Shown one piece after another: positions 1 through 10,900 of a DNA stretch of 64,000 nt; positions within the stretch are counted from its first letter, which is position 1; the number at the start of each line of letters is the position of its first letter. Under the pieces are notes generated by a model. That model did no database searches. It saw only the letters and a program-made list of their open reading frames with translations, and was not told the origin of the DNA. The DNA comes from an uncultured virus (IMG/VR IMGVR_UViG_3300001605_000028) (lineage: Duplodnaviria > Heunggongvirae > Uroviricota > Caudoviricetes). A program made the position numbers and the translations under genes. The stretch lies in the IMG/VR virus record IMGVR_UViG_3300001605_000028; one strand, written 5' to 3'.

Positions 1-1
1 A

Positions 2-316
2 CTGTGGCTAGCAGCAACCCATAGCTATGACAGTATTTTTATCATAGGCTTTGATTATCAAGGTATTGAAGGGCGTTTTAACAATGTGTACGCTGACACA
101 AAAAATTATAAACAAAGTAGAGATTTGCCCACATATTTCGGTAATTGGGCCAATCAAACAGAAAATGTAATTCGAAGTTTTAAAAAGATAAATTTTACTA
201 GAGTGATCGAAAAAGACTGGTTCATTCCGCCCAACATATCGAGTCTAACTGAAAATTTTTCTCATATGACTTTTGAGGATCTCGACGAAAAATTTCCGGG
301 GATACTATTTAAATAG
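2..316 (+). CDS. 3' end of a conserved phage protein (MptE-like/DUF115-type C-terminus); 5'-truncated by the window
   Basis: Frame is open from base 2: LWLAATHSYDSIFIIGFDYQGIEGRFNNVYADTKNY...; the 'LWLA...I(F/Y)I(I/L)GFD' motif is typical of this group. Confidence 0.45.
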   Translation: MWLAATHSYDSIFIIGFDYQGIEGRFNNVYADTKNYKQSRDLPTYFGNWANQTENVIRSFKKINFTRVIEKDWFIPPNISSLTENFSHMTFEDLDEKFPGILFK

Positions 317-410
317 GCAAAACTGTTCAAAAAAGTACCATTTTATACCGGATTATAATATTAGTATTAAATACAAAAGACAGCCAAATACAATCTATGG
401 AGGAAATATC

Positions 411-1279
411 ATGGCAGAGAACAAACAAATTTCAGATATGCTAGAGCATCTTCTGAATAACGAACAAGATAAAGCTGAAGAGCTTTTTCATGAATATGTA
501 GTAGCGAAGTCTCGTGAAATCTACGAAGGCCTAATTGAAAGCGAACTTTCTGAAGAAGACAAGGACGACGAAGAGGACGACGAAGTAGAAGAATCATCTG
601 AAGACGATTCCGAAGACACAGTTGAAGAAAATTTCGGCGAAGCTGACGATCAAACTGACGACTTAATTGGCGATATCGAAGCCGATGACGAAGAAGGCGG
701 TGAGGACGATGAAATGGGCGACGACGAAGAAGGCAGTGATGAGCCAGCTTCTAAAGACGACATTCAAGATTTAGCTTCAGCAATTGACGAACTTCAAGCA
801 GCATTTGACCAGTTTGTAGCCGGCGACGAAGGCGACGAAATGGGGGCTGATGATGACATGGGTGCCGATGATGACATGGGCATGAAGGATGATTTTGGTA
901 TGGGCGGTATGGATCAAGTTGAAGATCTAGAAACCGTTCGTGAATATGTAGAAAAAGTTGCTCCAGCAAAAATGGGCGACAACGGCGCAAACGCTAAGTC
1001 TATCGTAGCCGGCAAGAATGATATGGGCGANTAGNTGCTGCTAATATCGTTAAAAGCGGCACAGCCAATGACGGCGAAGTTGGTAAAGCAGGCGGTCAGT
1101 TAAAAGGCAGCAGCTTGTTTAAAGGTAAGCCAACAGAAGACAACGCAGGTAACATTAATGTACCAGGCGGAAAAGCAGGAAGTGCGTTTTCTACAAAAGA
1201 ACCCGGGCACGGCGCTGAAAAAGCAGGTGCTAAAGAAAGTGGCGTAAGCGCTACTAGTATTATTCGTGGTAGCAGGTAA
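411..1279 (+). CDS. highly acidic prohead core/scaffold-associated protein (gp67/68-like); apparent frameshift at about 1031-1035 where N bases occur
   Basis: GGAGG then ATG at 411 (MAENKQISDMLEHLLNNEQDKAEELFHEYVV); Asp/Glu-rich middle; continues in another frame as AANIVKSG...IIRGSR* to 1279; lies directly upstream of the prohead protease. Confidence 0.6.
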
Positions 1280-1292
1280 TTGGAGCCTATAG

Positions 1293-1925
1293 GTGAATAA
1301 TTATCTAAGAGAACATTTGAGTTTCGACCAAGCCGGTCTAGTTCTTGAAAGTACCGAGGTAGATGGCAAAAAGACTCTTCATTTGAACGGTATTTGTATC
1401 CAAGGCGATATACGTAACGCAAATCAAAGAGTCTATCCATCCTCCGAGATTGGCAAGGCTGTCAAAACCGTCAACGAACAGATTGCTGGTGGATACTCGG
1501 TTCTTGGAGAAGTTGATCACCCTGCTGATCTACGCATTAATTTGGATCGTGTCAGCCACATGATAGTTAAAATGTGGATGGACGGTCCAAATGGTTACGG
1601 AAAGTTAAAACTCTTGCCAACACCAATGGGATTATTAATTCAAACCATGTTAGAGTCAGGAGTTAAATTAGGCGTATCAAGTAGAGGTTCCGGTAACGTG
1701 TCTGAAGACGGCAGCGGTCGTGTTAGTGATTTTGAAATCATCACAGTCGATGTTGTTGCTCAGCCAAGTGCTCCGGGTGCTTACCCAACACCAGTATATG
1801 AACACATCATGAATAATCGTGGTGGTTACCAGGCATTTAATATAGCAAAAGAAGTTCAAGGCGATCCAAAGGCACAGAAGTACATAGCAGAAAGTCTCAA
1901 GAAAATCATCTTGGGTCTCAAATAA
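1293..1925 (+). CDS. gp21: prohead core protease (T4 gp21 family)
   Basis: Motifs GICIQGDIRNANQRVYP, LGEVDHP, LGVSSRGSG and DVVAQPSAPGAYP; located before the scaffold and capsid genes. Confidence 0.93.
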   Translation: MNNYLREHLSFDQAGLVLESTEVDGKKTLHLNGICIQGDIRNANQRVYPSSEIGKAVKTVNEQIAGGYSVLGEVDHPADLRINLDRVSHMIVKMWMDGPNGYGKLKLLPTPMGLLIQTMLESGVKLGVSSRGSGNVSEDGSGRVSDFEIITVDVVAQPSAPGAYPTPVYEHIMNNRGGYQAFNIAKEVQGDPKAQKYIAESLKKIILGLK

Positions 1926-1939
1926 CGTAGGAGAATCAC

Positions 1940-3034
1940 ATGCTAGATTTTGTAAAACAGTTATTCGAAAACAATGTGATTTCCGAGGAAATGAAATCGG
2001 AGATTGAAACTGCTTGGAATGGCAGAATTCAAGAAAACCGTGATCAGGTTACAGCAGAGCTGCGTGAAGAATTTGCTCACAAGTATGAGCATGACAAGCA
2101 AGCAATGGTTGAAGCAGTTGATCAAATGATCCACGATCGTCTAAGCGCAGAAATTTCTGAGCTAGCAGAAGACCGTAATCAATTGATCGAAGCTAAAGCC
2201 AAGTACGCTAAGAAAATGAAAGATGATTCTAAAAAAATGGAATCATTCGTGCTACAAAAACTAGCATCAGAACTTTCAGAACTTCACGAAGATCGCAAAT
2301 CAGTTGCTAATAATTTCGCTAAGTTAGAGTCATTTGTAGTAGAAGCTCTAGCTAAAGAAATCGCAGAATTCCACACCGACAAGAAAGACCTAGTAGATAC
2401 AAAAGTTAAACTTGTACGTGAAAGTAAAGCGAAATTTGAACAACTTAAGTCAAACTTTGTTAAGAAAGCTTCAACAGTTGTAGAAGGTGTAGTTACACAA
2501 AAACTAACATCAGAAATGACACAACTGAAAGAAGATATCGAAGCAGCTCGTAAGAATGACTTTGGTCGNAGGATTTTTGAATCATTCGCAAGCGAATACG
2601 CATCTACTCACCTAAATGAGAAGAGTGAAACTGCTAAACTATTAAAAGTAGTTAAGCAGGCTCAAANTCAACTAGAAGAAGCTAAGGCCAAACTAGAAGA
2701 GAAAGATCGCATTGTTGAAAGCAAGGAACGTGAAATCCGTGTCGCTAAAGACATGGCACATCGTAAAGAAGTAATGAGCGAGTTGTTAAATCCGCTAACC
2801 GGAGATAAGAAAACGGTTATGAACGAATTACTTGAATCTGTTCAAACAGACAAGTTAAGAGGCGCATTTGACAAATATCTCCCAGCAGTTATAGCTGGCG
2901 AGGCTCCTAAAAAGAAGGCATTAACCGAAGGCACAGAAGTTACAGGCGATAAAGTACAGGCCCAACAGATTGGCAGTGAAGACAAAACTGCTGAAATCTT
3001 TACCATCCGCAAGCTCGCGGGACTAAAAGTTTAA
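1940..3034 (+). CDS. gp22: prohead core scaffolding protein (T4 gp22-like)
   Basis: Long Glu/Lys-rich coiled coil with the 'G(R)RIFESFASEY' motif, between gp21 and gp23. Confidence 0.8.
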   Translation: MLDFVKQLFENNVISEEMKSEIETAWNGRIQENRDQVTAELREEFAHKYEHDKQAMVEAVDQMIHDRLSAEISELAEDRNQLIEAKAKYAKKMKDDSKKMESFVLQKLASELSELHEDRKSVANNFAKLESFVVEALAKEIAEFHTDKKDLVDTKVKLVRESKAKFEQLKSNFVKKASTVVEGVVTQKLTSEMTQLKEDIEAARKNDFGXRIFESFASEYASTHLNEKSETAKLLKVVKQAQXQLEEAKAKLEEKDRIVESKEREIRVAKDMAHRKEVMSELLNPLTGDKKTVMNELLESVQTDKLRGAFDKYLPAVIAGEAPKKKALTEGTEVTGDKVQAQQIGSEDKTAEIFTIRKLAGLKV

Positions 3035-3046
3035 GGAGAACTACAA

Positions 3047-4217
3047 ATGTCAGAACTACTCGAGTCACGCTGGCAGGAAACCAAAGAGGCACTATTAGAA
3101 GGCCTTCAAGGAACTCGTCGTACAGTAATGGCTTCGACTTTAGAAAATACTCGCAAGTATTTGTCTGAGTCTGCCAGTGCTGGTGCTACATCTGCCGGTA
3201 ACGTTGCAACACTAAATCGTGTGATCCTTCCAGTGATCAGACGTGTAATGCCAACAGTCATTGCTAATGAACTAGTTGGTGTACAACCAATGACTGGTCC
3301 AGTTGGTCAAATTCACACTCTACGTGTGCGTTATGCCGACAACTTCTCGGCTTCTGCTGGCGATTCTGCCACAGCAGGTGAAGAAGCACTAAGCCCATTC
3401 AAGATCGCTGAAGGCTATTCTGGTAACGCCAATGGTAAAGCTGATTCTACAGCTGCCAAAGAAGGTGTTGCTGGTAACAGACTAAGCATTCAAATCTTGA
3501 AGCAAACAGTCGAAGCTAAATCCAGAAAGCTAAGTGCTCGCTGGACATTTGAAGCTGCTCAAGATGCACAAGCCCAACAAGGTATTGACATCGAAGCAGA
3601 AATCATGGCTGCACTTGCTCAAGAAATTACTGCTGAAATCGATCGCGAAGTATTAACTTCTCTACGTTCGTTAGCTGGTACACAAAACCAAGTAGCTTTC
3701 AACCAAGCTGCTGTTTCTGGTACTGCTACATTCGTTGGTGACGAACACGCTGCTCTAGCTGTTGCTATCAACCGTGTTTCGAACACAATCGCTCAACGCA
3801 CACGTCGTGGTGCTGGTAACTGGGCAGTTGTTTCTCCAACAGCATTGACAATTCTACAGTCTGCTACTACAAGCGCTTTTGCTCGTACAACAGAAAGGTA
3901 CATTCGAAGCACCTACAAACACTAAGTTTGTTGGCACATTGAACAATGCTATGAGAGTGTTTGTTGATACATACGCAGCAAATGACACTGTGTTAGTTGG
4001 TTACAAAGGTTCTAGCGAATCTGACGCAGCCGCTTTCTACTGCCCATACATTCCATTGATGAGCAGTGGTGTTGTTCTAGACCCAAGCACATTCGAACCA
4101 GTCGTAAGCTTTATGACTCGTTATGGATATGTTGAGTTGACAAACACAGCATCTTCTCTAGGTAACGCAGCTGACTACCTAGGAACTGTAACTGTTGCTA
4201 ACGCATCGTTCACCTAA
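3047..4217 (+). CDS. gp23: major capsid protein (T4 gp23 family); one-base frameshift near 3895
   Basis: RRVMPTVIANELVGVQPMTGPVGQIHTLR, SRKLSARWTFEAAQD, LAQEITAEIDRE, then in the second frame AAFYCPYIPL and MTRYG; ORFs 3047-3925 and 3879-4217 join at ACAGAAAGGT. Confidence 0.95.
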
Positions 4218-4244
4218 TCATAGGTAAAACATTTTAAATGTTTC

Positions 4245-4268
4245 AAAAAGGCTCTTCGGAGCCTTTTT
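4245..4268 (+). terminator. rho-independent terminator after the capsid gene
   Basis: AAAAAGGCTC-TTCG-GAGCCTTTTT: perfect stem with a C(UUCG)G tetraloop and U tract. Confidence 0.9.
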
Positions 4269-4290
4269 GTTTGGCTTAAATATCTGTGTC

Positions 4291-4560
4291 ATGTTAATAG
4301 AATCAGAAGAAGATTTCAAACAACTACGAGAACAGTTCAATGTTTGGCGAAAACGTTTTCCTATGTTCAAACATGATGTTTATCAGATAGAACAGATTAC
4401 TGAGCAGCACATCCAAAACTACAGTAAAATTATGGTGTTATATAGACAAACACATAATAGAAGCTATATCGAAAAAGCCCAGAAAGAAATAGACGAAATT
4501 AACAGGGTTATTAATACCGTAGAAAAAATCGAGTTGATGTCAATGTTGAGCCGTGGATAA
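4291..4560 (+). CDS. hypothetical phage protein (89 aa)
   Basis: ORF with ATG at 4291, just after a TAAATA element. Confidence 0.6.
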   Translation: MLIESEEDFKQLREQFNVWRKRFPMFKHDVYQIEQITEQHIQNYSKIMVLYRQTHNRSYIEKAQKEIDEINRVINTVEKIELMSMLSRG

Positions 4561-4625
4561 ATAAAGTATCTAAGTAATTTATGCGGTACCCACCGCGTAG
4601 ACCTAGAACGTCATTCATAAGGAGA
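4558..4625 (+). promoter_or_regulatory. late promoter followed by a structured 5' leader (two hairpins) and SD
   Basis: TAAATA 4558-4563; stem TATGCGGT-ACCC-ACCGCGTA 4580-4599; GAC-CTAGAAC-GTC 4600-4612; AAGGAG before the ATG at 4631. Confidence 0.55.
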
Positions 4626-4630
4626 AACAA

Positions 4631-5077
4631 ATGGGACGTCCATTAAAGAAAGATGTAAACGGTGTCAGTGTTATTCGTTCGTTTAATTCAACAGAAGCCG
4701 GTATTAAAGTCCAAGGATATTTTACATTAGACAGCGGGCTACAAGCTGACTATCATATCATCAAGCAACGCGGCGCAAAAACATTTGTTGTTGCTAGACA
4801 ATCATTAACTGATTTTGCTGAAGGTGAGTCGATTACCAACGCATCAGCAGTTGATCCAACAAAATTTAGAACAGGTAAATTAGTCTCTGGACAGCCTGCC
4901 GAAGACGGTGAAATTAGGATGTTTGGATTTACCGCTCAAGGTCAAGCTGCTGATAACGGAGCAGTTGCTATTGCTAAAATTACCAAACGTGTTGCTACAG
5001 ACTTCAGCGGCACTCGTTATAATTGGTATTTAGAAAACGATTCTTCAGAAGACTATATCGTTCTAACAGCTATCTAA
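4631..5077 (+). CDS. putative virion (head-associated) protein, MGRPL N-terminus
   Basis: Strong SD; MGRPLKK start, I-I-K-Q-R-G motif and 'KITKR' motif; immediately after the capsid operon. Confidence 0.5.
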   Translation: MGRPLKKDVNGVSVIRSFNSTEAGIKVQGYFTLDSGLQADYHIIKQRGAKTFVVARQSLTDFAEGESITNASAVDPTKFRTGKLVSGQPAEDGEIRMFGFTAQGQAADNGAVAIAKITKRVATDFSGTRYNWYLENDSSEDYIVLTAI

Positions 5078-5090
5078 TCGAGATTAATAA

Positions 5091-6635
5091 ATGAGTCAGG
5101 TCTTACAAACTAGTTGCGATTATAAAATAAAAACACAACCTGCGGGTACTATTACATTAGATACCAGTCAGGTTGTGGTTACCGGAAACTTACGGGTAGA
5201 CGGTGAGCAGGTAGTGATGGACGTGACTAATTTAGCAATCGAAGACAATCTAATCAGATTAAACAAAGGTGAAACNGGCAACGGAGTCACNGAAGTTTAT
5301 TCTGGTNTAGAAGTAGACNGNGGNTTTATCAGCGGAACTGATCGAAATCTCCTAGCTACTGTTTGGTTTAACGAAAANAGTGACACATGGGAAATTGTAG
5401 AGCAGCTNGGTTCNGTAATTTCATTNAATAATAGTAATCTAAGACTTCGAAGAGTACTTACTGATTCTGGTACTGATAATGGAAATTTAACACTAATCGG
5501 TACGGGAGTCGGAGTAGTTAATGTTGATGGCACAACTGATTATGAAGATCAAGTACAGGCCGATGACGATATTCCGAATAAAAGATTTGTTGATCGAGCA
5601 ATTCAAAATAGAGAACCTAACAACAGAATCCAGCGAGATAACAGTTATGTAATCGTTCAAGATATCGACGGTGGAGCATCAGCTAGAGCAGTTATGGCTG
5701 TCGACGATGTAACTGTGAATTTAGGCGGATTAAATTATGTCGTAGGCGACATTCTCATATTGTCGGGCGGAAACTCTAAAACACAATTTAGAGCAGAAGT
5801 GTTAACAACAAGCCCTGGTGGTGTTGTGACTGCGGTAACAGTATTACAGGCAGGTGAATATGTTGACCTGCCTCCTTCAAATAACAACGTAGCTACAATT
5901 ACTAATAGTTTACTAGGCAGCGGAGCAACATTAAATGTTTCGTGGTTAGTAGCAGACGTAGATATTATTGCGCCGGGTAATGATTATCAAACAGCTACTA
6001 TAACATTCAGCGACGGATTTTCACCAGACCCGTTAACAATTCCGCCAGCAACAGCATCTGGATCAGTAGACATTGATTTAAATCCGTCATCGGAAACTTT
6101 TAGACAGATAATCAATGTTAATATTTTAGATGCCGGGGTGTATTTTAGTATTCCAACAATTACATTCTCGTCAGGATTAAACCCATCACTGACAGAAAGC
6201 CAAGTGTCAGTAGTAATTGAAAATCAACCAATTGCTGTGTTTTACAGTAATAGAGTAGATATCGGCAATTTAGAAATATTAAACAATATTATTTCAAATA
6301 ACAATACTAATGATAATATTGTATTAAACACTAACGGCACAGCAACAGTAGAAATTACTAACGCACTACAGCTCGATAAGACAAATAGAGTTGTTCCATT
6401 TATAACTAACACTTCAGTATTGTATGCTGACCCCGCAGCTTCATCCAGTCAACCAACAGTTGGCGGTACGGGAATTTATTATAATAACGAAAAACAAACA
6501 CTAGCATGGCAGCAATGGGTTACAAACAATTCTAATAGTCAGTTTACATCAGCGACATTAGATCCGGGTAATTACCCTGCCAAGAATGAATTAATAAGTA
6601 AGAATAAAGCACTTGTAATGAGTATGCTTTTCTAA
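5091..6635 (+). CDS. virion structural/fibre-like protein
   Basis: Beta-rich, Gly/Thr/Val-rich; motifs NLAIEDNLIRLNKGE, DIPNKRFVD and G-x-x-Y repeats. Confidence 0.65.
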   Translation: MSQVLQTSCDYKIKTQPAGTITLDTSQVVVTGNLRVDGEQVVMDVTNLAIEDNLIRLNKGEXGNGVXEVYSGXEVDXXFISGTDRNLLATVWFNEXSDTWEIVEQXGXVISXNNSNLRLRRVLTDSGTDNGNLTLIGTGVGVVNVDGTTDYEDQVQADDDIPNKRFVDRAIQNREPNNRIQRDNSYVIVQDIDGGASARAVMAVDDVTVNLGGLNYVVGDILILSGGNSKTQFRAEVLTTSPGGVVTAVTVLQAGEYVDLPPSNNNVATITNSLLGSGATLNVSWLVADVDIIAPGNDYQTATITFSDGFSPDPLTIPPATASGSVDIDLNPSSETFRQIINVNILDAGVYFSIPTITFSSGLNPSLTESQVSVVIENQPIAVFYSNRVDIGNLEILNNIISNNNTNDNIVLNTNGTATVEITNALQLDKTNRVVPFITNTSVLYADPAASSSQPTVGGTGIYYNNEKQTLAWQQWVTNNSNSQFTSATLDPGNYPAKNELISKNKALVMSMLF

Positions 6636-6644
6636 GGATTAAAG

Positions 6645-7010
6645 ATGATAGAGAACAAATTATTAACAACAGACATTGAATCAATTTTTACATCACCGGG
6701 TACTCCGGGAGATATCAACGTTCAAAGTGCTGTAACTACTATGATATTTTGTAATGTATCAGACGTTGAAGATTCAACACTAGCACCGTTAGAAACTGCA
6801 GGATCAGCATCAGTAGATGTTTACATTGCCAAATACGGCCAAACTCCGGACCCGCTAGTAAACGCAATTATTAAAAATTTAGTAATACCAGCAGGAGAAA
6901 CGCTGTTTTTTGATACAGAACGTGTAGTGTTGAGCGCAGGAGATGTGATTTATGCTAGAGCAAATAACGCCAATATGGTAGTAGCAACCGTGAGTGTATT
7001 GCCTGTATGA
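6645..7010 (+). CDS. small virion/fibre-associated beta-sandwich protein (paralogue of 17995 and 31224)
   Basis: Shared pattern T-x-x-F-C-N ... I-P-x-x-(E/Q)-(T/S)-L ... (R/K)-(V/L)-V-(L/M); follows a large structural gene. Confidence 0.6.
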   Translation: MIENKLLTTDIESIFTSPGTPGDINVQSAVTTMIFCNVSDVEDSTLAPLETAGSASVDVYIAKYGQTPDPLVNAIIKNLVIPAGETLFFDTERVVLSAGDVIYARANNANMVVATVSVLPV

Positions 7011-7852
7011 AATTTCTTAAAACAAAAAATATTTCAAAACATAGTGTTTCAGATAGGACGTTTATTGTTCAACATCCAACTGGTCGTGCCACAATTAATT
7101 CCAAGAACAGTCTAAGATTGCCTATTGGATCAATAGCATTTAGACCAGAACAAGAAACAGACGGCATGGTTCGATTTACAACCAACGACACTGCTGATCA
7201 TGAAATCAATGATACCGCAGTTTATTGGCCGACAAGAGCAGTTGGCCTAGAAGTGTACTACGAAGGCAAATGGTACCCAATAAGATTACAAGGCCCATCA
7301 CAGATACAAAAGAAAAACTTAGGGGCCGGTGTTTGGGACAACGGACCTGAAGCAGGGAATTATACAGCACAGATCAGTAGATACTTTCCGATTAGTGGAG
7401 AACCATTAGATCTAGTTCCTGGCCTTGATCAAGGTCTTGATCCTCAAGACTATGTTNACAACATGATTGTTATTGTTGAAAACGTCTTCCAGGTATCCGG
7501 NACAAACTTTGAGCTTGTAGAATCAGACGGCATTGTNGTCGGAGTTGAAATAGTAGNAGGCGGCACAGGATTAACTCCGTCGTCTACAGCAGTCGCAACG
7601 TTTACAACACCNTCCGGTGGTNTTGCTGCTACTGGTACAGCAACTATCGATAANACAGGCGCAGTNGAATANATTTCTATAGATACACCCGGTTCTGGGT
7701 ATACTGGTTTAGAATCATACACTGTGTCTGTAGCAGGCGAAACTGGTGGTTCTTATACTGTAAAAATCGCAAAACCGGGTTGGCATATTAAATTTTTAAG
7801 TGCTGTGCCTACTACAAAACCCGTAATAGTCTACTACGGCTACGATCAATAA
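7007..7852 (+). CDS. virion structural protein
   Basis: LRLPIGSIAFRP...GMVRF motif, IVIVENVFQ and IKFLSAVP (baseplate-wedge-like repeat); overlaps the upstream stop (ATGA). Confidence 0.6.
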   Translation: MKFLKTKNISKHSVSDRTFIVQHPTGRATINSKNSLRLPIGSIAFRPEQETDGMVRFTTNDTADHEINDTAVYWPTRAVGLEVYYEGKWYPIRLQGPSQIQKKNLGAGVWDNGPEAGNYTAQISRYFPISGEPLDLVPGLDQGLDPQDYVXNMIVIVENVFQVSXTNFELVESDGIXVGVEIVXGGTGLTPSSTAVATFTTXSGGXAATGTATIDXTGAXEXISIDTPGSGYTGLESYTVSVAGETGGSYTVKIAKPGWHIKFLSAVPTTKPVIVYYGYDQ

Positions 7853-7906
7853 TTGCTACTTTAACCAAAAAAGCAGTTTCAATAAATACCTAGTAAGGAG
7901 TGAATC

Positions 7907-10900
7907 TTGGCTGATCTAGGTAGAATTTCCGGTCCAATGCTCAAAGACAACCTCGTAAGAAACGGGGTTGATTTAGTCTTTGAAAATGAATTTGGCGACA
8001 ATAATTTATTTTTAGATGTTAATACCAAACGCATAGGTATTAACACCGATTCGCTTCCTCGCGAATTTATAATCAATGATTCAGCCAAAACAACGAATCT
8101 AATCGTAGACAATTCTGCTCTAATTGACCTTTTAGAGATCGACGGCATCAACAACACTATATCAAATATGATCGGTGATGTGGTATTAGGAACTGACCTA
8201 GATACTGTGTTCCTTCCTAGATTGGAAACTGATTCTTTGATATTTGATGATAATTTTATAGCGTCAAAATTATCAAACTCAGCAATCGAACTTAGACCAA
8301 TCGGCACTGGTCGAGTNACTGTTGAATCAAANCTATCTGTGTTCGGTAATTTACATACANTAGGCGATATCACCCTTGGCGGTAATATCATTCTAGGTAA
8401 TGATGATTCTGATTCTGTAACNTTTAACACTGATGTTAACACTAACCTAATACCTGATCAAAGCGATCTCTACGATCTAGGTAAAGTTGATAGACAATGG
8501 AAAGAAGTTAGATCAAAACAAGTCAACGGTATATTTCTTGTAGCTGGAAATTTTGCTGTTGAAGACGTTAATAATATAGCACTTCGTCCAGGCAACACAT
8601 GGTTTGTGGCTAAAAACGGCAGTGATACAAACGTTGGTAATCACGAAAACGGCCCGTATGCTTCTATTAGAAAAGCATTAAGTGTTGCCCAGTCTGGCGA
8701 TAGTATTAAGATATATCCAGGAGAATACGAAGAAATATTTCCGTTAGTAGTCCCGCAAGGAGTTAGTGTCAACGGTTCGGGAATAAGAGCTGTAACAGTG
8801 AAGCCAACAGCAGGAACTAAAGATCTTGACGCATTTCTTTTAAATGGCGAAACTACAGTTAGTGATCTAACTGTAACAGATTATTTCTACAACAACACAA
8901 ATAATACCGGTTATGCTTTTAGATTTGCTAATAACTTTGAAGTAACTTCAAGAAGCCCTTACATACAAAATATTACAGTTATTACTCGAGAAAGCACCGG
9001 GGCAGCACAACCAGTCAACATATATGTTGATCCTCTTGGTCTAGCTGGTAGTTACAGTTCAAACAGTGTAGCTGTAGATCAAATAAATTATACCCAGGCA
9101 CAAGTTGAAAGTTGGATTGGTAAACTTTTAGTAACATGGAACGGAGAAACTGTACCTGTTACCTTTTACGAAGTAGTTAATGTTATAGATGAACCGTTAG
9201 ATCCGGGATTTGTCTGGAGGGTAGTTCTTAATAGAGATCTTGAAGATCCGGGAGAAGGGACTTATCAATTTTCTATATACCCTAACACTGGCGAAACAAT
9301 AATTGTAGGTACAGCAGGTTATACTGCCGCTACAGATTATTCTAGATCGTTTCTTAAAACTAGTTTACCTCTGTTATTTGATACTACTGTAACAGAATTT
9401 TGGACTTGCCAAATTGGAGAAGGCGTAAACATTGTTGATTCTGTAGAAGAAGATCCTGCGAACAGCGATCAGTGGCGAATTAATTTTAAAGATATAGTAC
9501 TGCCCACTACCGGACTACCGATTTTTACATCACCTTCCGGTTCGGCATTAATCCCAGCAGGTAGAGGCGCACTAGTTGACGGTAGTGTAGCCACTGCTGC
9601 GAGTAAAGAAGCATCGATGTTATTCCATTCTATGACAATGATCATACCTAACAGCATTGGGGTATACATGACCAATGCTGTTAGAGTAGAGTGGTTAAAT
9701 TCTTTCACATATTTCGCATCAAAGGGACTGTATGCCACTAACGGTAGCCTAGGTCGCTTTGACGGAACTACTACAAAATACGGAGTAGAACTTAGATCAA
9801 TAGGATCGGCTAATGTCTATGGTACTGTAGGGGCAGAAGTCGATGGCGATCAAACACTGATGTATTTGATCAATCATAATTTTGCCTATATCGGCACAGG
9901 TATTAACCCAGTAAACGATCCAACAGCGGTCATTCAAGATAACGAAGCAGTAACATTAAACAACGGTAGAATATATTGGCAGAGTCTNGATCAACAAGGC
10001 GACTTTAGAGTCGGAGAAGCGTTTGTTGTTGATCAAAAAACAGGATTTGTAACACTNAATGGATTTGGACAAGGNCCTGGCGGAATTAATAATATTACAC
10101 TATCTGATGGGACNAGTGTTACTGANNTAACNGCNCTTAAAGTAGAAACAGGAAATATAAGATTTTCCGGCAACACTATTTCTAGTACTGACGGTCCTGT
10201 GACATTTGATTCTTTTACTACTAACATAGAATTAGATCAAGATGTTACTATTTCGCAAAATTTAGATATATCTGGAGAATTTGTAATTAAAGGCACAGCA
10301 ACTATCGGTAATGCGATCGTTGACCGTGTGGCATTTGCCGCCGATATATCCAGCAACATTATTCCGATCGATGATAAAACATATAATCTTGGCTCAGACT
10401 CTTTACAGTGGAACAATTTATTTGTTAAAGATGTTCTATTATTAGATATCAAAGTTGATGATAATCGTATTTTTACAACTGACTCTAATTCCGATTTACA
10501 GCTAGCAGCATCGGGCACAGGGTCTGTAGAATTTATTTCTAACGCAGAAATAACTAACGATTTAACAGTTAACGGCACAACTAATTTATTAGATACTACA
10601 GTATTTGGATCTTTCAATCACGCCGGATCCACTACACAGATCGGTGACACTGTGCTTAATGGTAGTTTTGATGTTGATGGATTAATACAATTAAACAATC
10701 CTACTATTAGTTTTAGTAACATACAGATATCAGAAAACAGAGTTTTAACAACTGACTCAAACAGCGATCTAGAATTAAAAGCTGCCGGTACTGCTAGAAT
10801 CTTAATACCTAAAAATAATGTATTAATAGAAAATAATCTAACAGTCGACACAATTAATTCTAACGATATTACAGTAGTTGACACATTAACTGTTGGATCG

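Noticed and set aside
841..885. Short tandem repeat (ATGGGNGCNGATGATGAC) as a CRISPR or regulatory repeat
   Set aside because: It is an in-frame coding repeat (MGADDD twice) in the acidic core protein, with no spacers
3879..3925. Programmed frameshift or split major capsid gene
   Set aside because: One extra A in ACAGAAAGGT breaks an essential conserved fold, and similar indels hit many unrelated genes in the window; sequencing error is far more likely
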